Shown one piece after another: positions 23,306 to 35,400 of a stretch of DNA of 64,000 nucleotides (position 1 is its first letter; every line of letters begins with the position of its first letter). Made by a program: the position numbers and the translations under genes. The stretch is taken from NCBI RefSeq assembly GCF_964355755.1, contig NC_092671.1, positions 25,122,070 to 25,186,069 on the forward strand. Direction: 5' to 3'. The DNA comes from Antedon mediterranea. Its lineage: Eukaryota; Animalia; Echinodermata. A model generated the notes under the pieces. The model made no database searches. It saw only the letters and a program-made list of their open reading frames with translations, and had not been told where the DNA came from.

Positions 23306-23393
23306 GCTTGCCGGAATGGCTGCCCATGGAATTATCATTTTTCGAGCGTCAGTTCCATATCTTGCGCCACTACGTGGCGCTATACGATCTTTG
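23306..23393 (+). promoter_or_regulatory. Promoter-like module upstream of TAF5
   Basis: CCGGAATGGCTGCC (ETS/YY1-like) followed by CCACTACGTGGCGCTA (one mismatch to the CTCF core CCACTAGGTGGCGCTA), ending about 48 nt before the ATG. Confidence 0.55.
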
Positions 23394-23440
23394 GTAGAGA
23401 GTAGAGTTTTTTCCAGGTAAAAAATTACATAAAATTTAAA

Positions 23441-26400
23441 ATGGAAGCACCCGAGGATACAAAGGAAAATATTCTGAAAAATGGAGACGAAACGGAACAG
23501 CAAAAGCAAATGGACAAAAACACACTTGCTGCAGTATTGCAGTTTTTACAGAAAAATAACTTGAAGGTAAGTATCCCCTTAATAATAGATAGACTGTGAT
23601 GTGAGTGTGAGCTAGCCAGGAGGCCTAGCTTAGCTATCCTCTAGCTAGGCCTATTACTTAGGCTAGCTAGTAGGCCGGACCCGCTAGGCCTAGAGGCTCT
23701 CGGCGTACTAGCTAGGCTAGTAGGCCTACTACTACTAACCACCACTACTACTAGGCCTAGCTAGGCGGGGAACAGACGATCGGGACCACACAGACGATCG
23801 GGCACAAAGCGTGACTCCGTGAGACGATCGGGCCAAACAAGGTTTTAAGACGAATATCAGACGATCGGGACCACGGGCACGGATGATCGGCCCACTTCAA
23901 GACGGGCCCAGATGATCGGCCCCAACAAACAAGACGATCGGGCCCAAAACATTCTCGGAAAATTTTAAAAAATAAATACGCGAATACAAACAACACATAA
24001 TAACAATCAAAATCAATCACATCACATTTATTCATAAATCGAGAGTACTATTGGTAAGAAATTCTTAAAACCAGTAGTTAAGAAAAAATCTAATTAACCT
24101 TTTTAATTAAAATCTTAATTTACGCAAGAAAAGCATGTTTGACACTAGGCCTAGCACTAGGAATGAAAAATGATGAAATGTGGCACATTATTTTATATAA
24201 CACAAAAGACTATCGGGCCCAACGCTAAGACGATCGGGACCAACTGGTAAGACTATTGTGCCCAACGTGGTTCTGAAAACACTGAACGATCGGGCCCAAC
24301 TGGTCCCGATCGTCCAGGGTCCTGATCATCCGTGGTCCCGATCGTCTGTTCCCCTTTAAGACGGTCGGGACCACAAAGATGATCGGGCCCAGTCCAGACG
24401 ATCGGGCACGTTTTATTTTGGTCGCAATTAAACCAACTTTGACATTTTTTATGGCCACTGCCACTCTATAGCTATGCATTTTGTTTTGTCGGTTGTGTTT
24501 TTTAATGACAAAAAACAAGAAGATCGACGTTTCGGAACCATCATGGAACCATTTTCAAGATCAAGTGATTGAATTATACAAAAATAACAAACACCAAAGG
24601 GTGACAGGAAATACTAATTAACTGGTTAATTAACAACAAAGAAGGCCTCCAATTCTAAGAACTTAAAGCCCCCTTCCCTACGTTTTTTAGATCTAATTTA
24701 AGATCACAAACTATATTTAATGTAAAAATAATACTATGGTCCTATTGCGATAACTTTTTTCGTCTTTAAGTCGATTCTAATAATTATAGCGGCCCGCTAT
24801 AAATCCCAAAATGCATTGCGCGCGGATTGATATTTTTGTTTTTCACCTGTAATTCGCCCACTTTTCGATCGATCGTGAGGCCAAAACAAATGGAAGACTC
24901 CTAACTTTTCAGTGAAAATACCGGGTTTTCCCCAATTTGTATCAACGGAGTCTGGCAAAAATAGAAAGACAATTAATGCAGCAACTATACAACGTCAGGC
25001 TAGGTATATAGCTAGCGTATGATGTTCGTACGTTACCGATGTTTACCAGCTAGGCCTACAAAACTAAGCCTACAAAACTAAGCCTAGCTAGGCTAGGCCT
25101 AAGACCGTCCACGAGAGGTCGATCGCCGCGAGCTACTTAGGTAGTGCATTGTTTCTCACTTTTTATCATAATTTACCATAAAACGTACATTTAAGACAAG
25201 GAATTACATGGTTTAATTTTTTAAAGTGATATATATGTATTATTTTCCAAAAAACGTCCAAAATTGCAGGGAAGGGGTCTTTAAGTTATTAAGAACCAGT
25301 CATGGAACCATTTTCAAGATCAAGTGATTGAATTATACAAAAATAACAAACACCAAAGGGTGACAGGAAATACTAATTAATTGGTTAATTAACAACAAAG
25401 AAGGCCTACAATTCTAAGAACTTAAGTTATAAAGCTCCTCCTTCTTAATTAATAAACAATTTAGCTTTGACTGAATCACTTTGTTTATTAAGTGTAGGTT
25501 TCAGTTCTTTGATCCAGAGCATTTCCTTAATTAAACAATCAAATTTGGATTTGCACAATATCCTGAAATGATTAAAATAAAAGTTTCAATAGGACTTATA
25601 TTACAGTATGTTGCTTCTCCTATGGTGCCTTACTGTGTTCATCAATACGTTGATAAAGGTGCCGACAAGAGTATAGCCGACATAGTTTGCATTGCACAAA
25701 CCACATTGAAATTTATATACAAACGCATTGCTGATTTACAATCATAGGTTTTCTTTCCTTAGATTTAAGAATTTTACCTAACTTTCTACTAGTAAAAACT
25801 GGCATAATAGAGAGGTTTCGCAATCTTACGAATACGATAACGAAAACGGATACGTCACGTACACTTATTCGTTTTCGTAAGCCAGTAAAAATCTGTTTCG
25901 CATGGCAACGAAATATTGAGGGCGCCGTCCAAAATATGACTGCGGTAAATGTGAGCGAAGCGCAGATACGTGTTGCTTGGTGCTTGGCTGCCTAGGCCTA
26001 GTGTAACATCAAAGCGAGTGAGGACTTTAAAAACTGCTATTTTATCAAAATTGACCTGGCATTTTAGTCAATTACTTTAGTAAATTACTTTCAATAAATC
26101 TATAATTATATTATAATCATGAATCATTTCCTGATTCAAATGCAAAATAGATCAAAAACTATACTTGTTTTGTAGTTACGAATATGACTGGTGATATTCG
26201 TCAACACGAATACGCTTTACGAATATGAAATGGGGATCAGCTCAAAAGTTTCACAAATTGACTGTGACGTATCCGTTTTCGTTATCGTATTCGTAAAGTT
26301 GCGAAACCTCTCTAATATTATTGTTTAACTTGCAACTAAGTTGTTTCGTCACAGTTGTAGAGCAGGTTTGATCCTTAAAAGGAAGAACAATTCTAATTAT

Positions 26401-29400
26401 AGGCTGTTCAGCACTATCTTGACTAGTAGTAACATGGTTATCATTGTTATGAAGATTAACAATAGATTCTTTAAAATCTTTAATTATCCTATTAGTTAGT
26501 TCAACAGGATACCTTAATTTGTTAAACATCTTAGAAATTTCTTGAACTTCTTCAAGAAAGATGTCATTAGTAGATGACAACTTGTATGCCCGATTAAGCA
26601 TAGTATGTACAAGATTTTTCGACATGGCTATCAGTATCATAATGCAGAAGAAGTTTACACTTTAGTTTCTAATAAACTATCAGATGTTTTGGAAATTACC
26701 ATTCCTAAGAAATTTATGTACCCTCCGCTGGTCGATAGTATAGGCCTTACTGATAATGTTTCCTTATGTGTTTTGGGGAGACCGTAAGGAGTTGATCATA
26801 TTGTTAAACTGATGCTTCCTTTGTGAAGCATCAGTTAACAACAAATTTAGACCCGTAAGTAAAACACAGCCTAAATCAAGAGGAAGACCAATCAAACATT
26901 ACCATCCGCTGATAGTAAAAGAAAAACAAGTACTGTATCACATAACTTTTTGAATAATAAAAATTGGAAAAATGTTTTTTACTGCTTAAAATCCATCGAA
27001 AAAAACACCACAGTGTATAAGGCGTTTGGTAAGAAATTTGGTCACTTAAGCTTGGTTCCTTGCAACACAAGAAGCCCATTGATTGGCCCAATGTAAGTCA
27101 ATTTGACCAATCACAATGTAGTGGATCATCCGATTCCAAACTGTTGCTTGTGACTGGTCAACTCACTTGCATTGCATCTATGTCATTGACCTACATCCAA
27201 ACTTTATCCTATTTGTTTGAACAATTTAATTACACCACAAGCTGTCACGCTTGTTGGGATCATCATTCACACAATCAGCAATTAGTTGCCATCTATACCT
27301 CATTCACGGCTCTATAAATACTGTAATAAAATACATGGCTCCAAATCTATATTAATTACTGATATTACATTCTATTTTATTAGTGAACTGTACTGTTTAA
27401 AAATCGATTTGACATTATTACTTTATAATTTCAGGAAACTGCAGCCTTACTAAAAAAAGAAGCTGATGTTAAAGAAAAAGATATACAGAATAATGAAGCA
27501 AGTAATAACCAAGATGTATCGTCCGTTCTCTCAGCATACAATAAGTAAATACAGTAGCAACAATTTTTTTTTTTTCATAAATATGCACACTATCCAATTG
27601 AAAACAATACATACTACTTTAAAGGATATAAATGTAAAGAAGCGAAGGTTACAGGGCACCAAGAGAAATCTACAGAAGATGGAATTTTCAGTCTTCTGTT
27701 CTCAAATAGAGATGTTAAAGCCCCATTCCCTACGTTTTTTAGATCTAATTTAAGATCACAAACTATATTTAATGTAAAAATAATACTATATGGTCCTATT
27801 GCGATAACTTTTTTCGTCTTTAAACGGTTAAAAATGTGAAAAATAAATCGATTTTAATAATTATAGCGGCCCGCTATAAATCCCAAAATGCATTGCGCGC
27901 GGATTGATATTGTTGTTTTTCACCTGTAATTCGCCCACTTTTCGATCGATCGTGAAGCCAAAACAAATGGAAGACTCCTAACTTTTCAGCGAAAATACTG
28001 GGTTTTCCCCAATTTGTATCAACGGAGTCTGGCAAAAATAGAAAGACAATTAATGCAGCAACTATACAACGTCAGACTAGGTATATAGCTAGCGTACGAT
28101 GTTCGTACGTTACCGATGTTTACCAGCTAGGCCTACAAAACTAAGCCTAGCTAGGCTAGGCCTGAGACCGTCCACGAGAGGTCGATCGCCGCGAGCTACT
28201 TAGGTAGTGCATTGTTTCTCACTTTTTATCATAATTTACCATAAAACGTACATTTAAGACAAGGAATGACATGGTTTAATGTTTTTAAAGTGATATATAT
28301 GTATTATTTTCCAAAAAACGTCCAAAATTGCAGGGAAGGGGTCTTTAAAAATATCGTCGGTGCAACTCCACTAAAAGACTATATACATGTTCACTACCTG
28401 AAGTACATAGCCCATATCTGCCGAGAACCAAATAACTCATTAACAAAACAAATGCTATTTGCACAAGCCCGAAAACCATACTATCGTGACCCCTGGATTA
28501 AATTAAGCAATCTCCTTCAATGCGATCCTAGTCAAGCTAAGAAGCTAACCCAGTCAAGGAAGCCATTCAACAGTCGGACCCAGCATATATTTGGATGCTA
28601 GAGAAGACTGCCTCTTGGATGCGACTGGCATCAGTGGGAGAAACGAAACTGTACTGTACTGTTACAGTACATTATTTATATTATTACTATTTACAGTATT
28701 TGTTATCTTTCAGTGAGAGTGATCCCACCTTTTATCATGAGCATTATAATAATTTGATGCAGTTTATCGAAGACTCACTAGATGTTCAGAAGGTAACAAT
28801 GGTCACCATATCTAATGATCTATCTTAACTTTTGAATAAGGTTCCTCATTGATATTATGTTGCAGTTGCAATATCATCAGTAAAACACTGTACAGTATAC
28901 AAATATTGCCTGTTTACAGGTGTGACATAAAATTTGTGAGTAATATAGTCCTTTTTAACACTTTGACTGCCAGAGGTTTTTCCAGTTAGAAACTGCCACC
29001 GCCAGCGTTTTTAGCCCAATTCGATGTATTTATCAAAGCTGATTGAAACTATGTATGTGATCTGATTTATATGTAATTTAGACTAAAATAATCATAAAGA
29101 TTTTAGCTTTACAATGGTACCAAGAACGATTTTCAAATCGCAATATGTAAATCCTAATAGTAAAATAAAAGTAACCCACTGTTTTTTGTTTCGCACAAGA
29201 AAGTAGAGATTCGCGATTTTGTGCAAGACACAATATGAAATATCGCCCGATGAGATCAACAAACAAGGAAAAAGTTACTTACACGGCACCAATAGGCCTA
29301 TAAAAACAAGTTATCACTATCGAAAAATGTATTACATTTTATAAATCATAAATCTTACATCAATCGCCAAAATCCACATAGTAAAGACACCAGGCCTAGT

Positions 29401-32400
29401 TAACAGGCCTAAAGTTGGTCCGGAACCGTTTTACGACTAGGCCTAGGCTAGCCTAGTACTACTAGCCTAGCTAGTAAACTGATCCATACCATTTCTAAAC
29501 AAGTTTGTTGCTTGAAACTCTGTCACTTACAGTGAAACACCAAAACAATTAGGGTATACATACAATAATAAAATTAAAGACTTCATATTGAAAATGACTC
29601 CATGATTTTTTATTTAGATAATAAACATCGCTCTATGCGCTACTGTGATGCGCGGTGTATGTTATTCAAATGGTAAAATATTGACTGTCCAGACCGAATA
29701 TAGTGTCCATATTTATAGTATATACCAATAATTACCGGATTTCGTAAAAAAAATGCGAAACACAAAGATCTTTGTGTTTGGCAGTCACATGTAAAGTGTT
29801 AACAGAGAATTAATAATAATCAATTGTTGTATTACACTGATAAAAAAAGGCAATATGGAGGCAATACATAGTGAAAATGTTTCTGTAAACCATAGTAGAG
29901 TTAAGGCCAACTCAGAAAGCGTCGTACGACGAGCCCCACAGGCTTGGGCTTCACTCGCAGGTGCTGTCTAAGTTGAATCCGGAGATATTCTGAATAGCGT
30001 CAGGCATGGTTTTTAGGTCATCGTGAGAACATTTAACCTTTTTTCCCGACAAGATGACTTGTCGTGTCTCGTCATATGACACTGTCTGAGTTAGCCGTTA
30101 CCAATAGTGGTTTGCTCTCCTTGTACAGTAACGCAGCATGGAAAAATGAGCTTAGAAATGCAAGTATTTTTTGGCCTTAAAATATTCAATGATTACTGAT
30201 ACTGTTACTGTAAATAAGCATTACTAAAATAGTTCACCATACTTGTTTTCTTTAGAGCGAGTTGTCTCAGATGCTGTATCCCGTGTTTGTTCACATGTAT
30301 CTAGAATTAGTCTACAATGATCATGAAAACCAAGGTAGGTTAAATATCATGTCTTCCTGTAGTGTATTCTATTTTAATCAATTTAGTAATCATAAGAATA
30401 TGTCAGTTAGTAATATTACGGTACATGCTGGTCATGCATGTTCTGCTTTTACTGTAGATAGAGGCTTGTCTATATTATTATTAGACACCAAACAGAATAT
30501 TTCTACTACAGTACTGTTCATACTGCTTGAACAATGTAACTAAACATCTTCCACTGACAGGTTGGAATGCTGTATCTTTAGTCCACTGACTGATCACTAC
30601 CAGACTAATATTTTTAATCCTTTGATTATTTTTAATCCTTTGATTATTTTCAATCCTTTGATTATTTTCAATCCTTTGATTATTTTCAATCCTTCGATAA
30701 TTTTCAATCCTTCGATAATTTTCAATCCTTCGATAATTTTCAATCCTTTGATAATTTTTAATCCTTTAATTATTTTCAATCCTTTGATTATTTTTAATCC
30801 TTTGATTATTTTTAATCCTTCGATAATTTTCAATTCTTTGATAATTTTTTAACTAAATTTAAAAGCTACCAAAATTCTGTAACTCAAAATGCTACTGTAC
30901 CTTAACAATCAACCCAAACATTACTTTATTTATTAAACTAAAAATAAACTAAAAATTATTTATTAAATTTGTAAATGTAATGTATGTACATGCTGTGTAG
31001 CATCTGTTCATATTCTACACAGCATATTGACCTCCCATAATTCTAATTCTGACCTATTTAAAGTTTACGGTTCTCACTCTCTATAGGTAAAATCATTTAT
31101 TGCAGGGGACGATTGTACACTGTATAGTACGTGGGAGGTTTTATTATCCAATGAGGTGCATTCTAATATAGACATTCGGTTTGTGTCTTTACAGTAGAAG
31201 GGCCCTTTGTCATCAAACTATGTAATGCTACTACTGTATAGATCTGCTCTCAGCACTTGCGCTTTACAATTTCTAGTATTTCTGTTATTTATTTGTATTG
31301 TGTATATAACAGCAACCTAAACATATCATTCATATTAAATTGTTTCTTTACTATTTTTCATAATACGTAATATCTAAGACTGATAATATTAATTATAAAA
31401 ACAGTTTTAAATGCAAATGTTTTTGTTATAACAAGAACGTTTGCATTCAAAATATATTTTTGGAAGGAGATGAATTTCTTCTTAACATTTTCTGAACAGC
31501 TAAACATTTCTTTGATGAGTACAGTAAGGAACAAGAGGATTACCATCAAGAAGATCTAACAAAACTGTCAGTTGTTACCAAGAAAGATCACATGACTAAG
31601 AATGAACTAATGGTATGCTTTAGGTAAGTAAAACTAACAAGGAAAACATTCAAGATTTTCATTATGACCATTATTTCCACTGCTGGTACTTCACTTCATA
31701 CAAAAAGGGGGTTCGTTTGACTGTCTTTAATGAAATATAACCTGTCCAAAACAATATTTAATCCTGCACAACGTTTTAAATTAATTACAAAACGTCATAT
31801 TCCATGTTACTAGGCTGTTACGGCTGATGCCGAATGTACTGTACAATTACGTCGAAATTTTGGTGTAAAATATTACAGTTATTACAACAATTACCACATT
31901 TTGCGAATATTTATTTGAACTAAAATTACCTGTCTAGCAATTTTGAAAGCCAAAGAAATGCACAATTGAAATATCATTGCCTTGAATTATGCTATTCTAA
32001 CTTAGCATTATTTTGGGGAATCTGTTAAGGCTGTACATACTAGGATGATAACGATCGATTAGGTATGGACACATTCTTTTATTAGTTTATTATTAATATA
32101 GGTAAGATGTCTTAACAAATGTTTATCTCTCTAAAATCTTTCTTTTTCTTTGTTTAGAACAAGTAAATATGTGATTCGTTTATCCCGTGACTCTTACCAA
32201 TCATTGAGAAGGTACCTTAAAGACAAACAGAATAGTACAGTGCTAACGATACTAGAAGACCACTTGTATGTTGATGGTAGGGATCTGGCTTGCTAGAAAA
32301 ATTATCATTATCATAATCACAGTATCATGTGCTATGAATGCTCACTGGCTAAACCTAGGGGCCCAGGGCTTATAAAAGCATGAACAGCCCCAAATGCAAA

Positions 32401-35400
32401 CTACCCAGCATTAAACCAGTGATTAGGCCCCCTGTGTTTTGCCACTGCTTTACTATAATACAAAAGTTGGCACACATACAATGTCTCTCAATTCCACATA
32501 ATCTTTTGATCATAATCACTTGATTATCTGTCATTCTCATGCTCTAATGCCTTCCAATTGCAGAGGGTTCTTATGACCCCTTCGCGTTTGTAAGGGTGCC
32601 CATTTGAAGTAGGCATATTCAGTGTATGCCAAACCTGTGCACTTTATACTTTTATACAGTGTTCTATCGAGAGAAACTTTCTTTCAGATCATTAGATTGG
32701 AATGGTCAATGGATCTGTCACTTTACTTGCTTTGGAGTGTGCCCATTTTAACACCACCTTTTACATATTGGTGTTCAATGGATGTTCAAATGTGTTCACA
32801 AGACAGTTCAAATGTGTTCACATGACAGTTCAAATATGTTCACATGACAGTTTAAATGTGTTCACATGACAGTTCAAATGTGTTCACATGACAGTTCAAA
32901 TGTGTTCACAAGAAAGTTCAAATGTGTTCACATGACAGTTCAAATGTGTTCACATGACAGTTTAAATGTGTTCACATGACAGTTCAAATGTGTTCACAAG
33001 AAAGTTCAAATGTGTTCACATGACAGTTCAAATGTGTTCACATGACAGTTTAAATGTGTTCACATGACAGTTCAAATGTGTTCACATGACAGTTCAAATG
33101 TGTGTGTGTGTTCAAATGTTTATATGTTTTATTAAGTGTTTGATGGGATGCCAAGAAACAAAGAACAGATAAGTGCAAAGGCTGGTGGAATGGTAGGAGA
33201 AGCAAGGCGTGATGGTAAGCAATCATTTTTGTTCATGAATTATTGCATATTTTACATAGATTACTCTTTGATTATTTATCAAAATATCATGAGTAAATCT
33301 ACTGTTTTTTGTATATATTTTTCATACTTCCATAGATAATTTGAAGGCATTTACATTTTTTGTCTTTTCTTTTTATTTCTAATATTTTTTTTGTGACTGA
33401 GTATAAATAAAACAAATATACCGAAATTCATTCAATTAAAGTTAGCCTACATATTACACATAAATTGTACAATCAAACATCGAAACATAAAATTGGTAGA
33501 TGAAAGTATGCCTAACCAAAATATCATTGCATTTACCATACCTTGCAATTTGTGTTTATCAATAATTTTATTTTTATTAATAGCAAATAAATCTAAGGTG
33601 TATTTTGGGTTGTTGAAAGAACCAGACATAAACCTACAACTCGACGATGAAGAAGAAAGTGGTGAAGGTGATGACAAACCAAAGGTACACCTAATTAGAT
33701 TCCTGTCATTTGAATCAGATTGAATAAAAAGTAGGCCTAGGCCTACATTTTATTCACAATGAATGACATTTATTGTTTGTTTTTTGTAAATATAGTATAC
33801 AGTATGGTTTTTGTATAAATAGTATATTGATTTGGATTTATAAACACACCATTGTAGTGTTAATTATGTCAACAAATGACCAAACCAGCCTAGGCCTAGC
33901 ATTATACTAATAGGCCTAGCTAGGCTAGTAAGGCACATTTTGTTTAAATTAGCCTGTAGAGATGTTACCATTAATTAATAAAAAATCATACATGGTATAA
34001 AACTAATTGAAATGTTTCTTTTAGTCTAAATTTGTACATACTGTACAGTATATCTCTCCAAAAATGTACCCGTATCACACTTGTATCATTGCGGTGGAAG
34101 TACAAAATGTACCCGTATCACACTTGTATCATTGCGGTGGAAGTACAAAATGTACCCGTATCACGCTTGTATCATTGCGGTGGTGGTAGTACAAAATGTA
34201 CCCGTATCACACTTGTATCATTGCGGTGGAAGTACAAAATGTACCCGTATCACACTTGTATCATTGCGGTGGAAGTACAAAATGTACCCGTATCACACTT
34301 GTATCATTGCGGTGGAAGTACAAAATGTACCCGTATCACACTTGTATCATTGCGGTGGAAGTACAAAATGTACCCGTATCACACTTGTATCATTGCGGTG
34401 GAAGTACAAAATGTACCCGTATCACACTTGTATCATTGCGGTGGAAGTACAAAATGTACCCGTATCACACTTGTATCATTGCGGTGGAAGTACAAAATGT
34501 ACCCGTATCACACTTGTATCATTGCGGTGGAAGTACAAAATGTACCCGTATCACACTTGTATCATTGCGGTGGAAGTACAAAATGTACCCGTATCACACT
34601 TGTATCATTGCGGTGGAAGTACAAAATGTACCCGTATCACACTTGTATCATTGCGGTGGAAGTACAAAATGTACCCGTATCACACTTGTATCATTGCGGT
34701 GGAAGTACAAAATGTACCCGTATCACACTTGTATCATTGCGGTGGAAGTACAAAATGTACCCGTATCACACTTGTATCATTGCGGTGGAAGTACAAAATG
34801 TACCCGTATCACACTTGTATCATTGCGGTGGAAGTACAAAATGTACCCGTATCACACTTGTATCATTGCGGTGGAAGTACAAAATGTACCCGTATCACGC
34901 TTGTATCATTGCGGTGGTGGTAGTACAAAATGTACCCGTATCACACTTGTATCATTGCGGTGGTAGTACAAAATGTACCCGTATCACGCTTGTATCATTG
35001 CGGTGGTGGTAGTACAAAATGTACCCGTATCACACTTGTATCATTGCGGTGGTAGTACAAAATGTACCCGTATCACACTTGTATCATTGCGGTGGAAGTA
35101 CAAAATAAGCAGCTCTATTAGATTTCTAAAGAAATATTTTTCGTATGTCAAAAGATTTTTTTCTTTCGTACACTATATAGTGCGTACTATTGCACGCCAT
35201 GTGACCCACAATCATCCAATGAAATTACAGGAATTTCTTTAGGTGTTATATAAAAGTTATAATAATATAAATTATAACATTCACTTTTTTATTTGGCAAA
35301 ATTAATACTTTTTTTCTTTGTACAATAGCATGTACACAATTTTTACTAGGGCTTCAATTATCAAATTTATTTTCATTGTGTATTAATACTATCTATATCC

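Larger units (their letters stand above)
24522..26630 (-). mobile_element. 5'-truncated, decayed Penelope-like retroelement (post-RT linker, GIY-YIG endonuclease, duplicated 3' terminal repeat)
   Basis: Minus strand reads LVHTMLNRAYKLSS..IVLPFKDQ..KLNNNI|MPVFTSRKLG..YKFQCGLCNANYVGYT..RHLYQRIDEH..CLIKEMLWIKELKPTLNKQ, with frameshifts; the 3' segment is repeated at about 24541-24666 and 25300-25425. Confidence 0.85.

Noticed and set aside
26801-26841. Hairpin containing CTGATG and GAAG, possible hammerhead or terminator
   Set aside because: Simple inverted repeat without the CUGANGA/GAAA three-stem layout; likely a MITE remnant.
30562-30852. (IIFNPL)n and (KIIKGL)n ORFs
   Set aside because: 18-bp intronic tandem repeat.
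34032-35242. Long Cys/His-rich ORFs in all three plus frames
   Set aside because: Produced by a stop-free 43-bp minisatellite inside a TAF5 intron.
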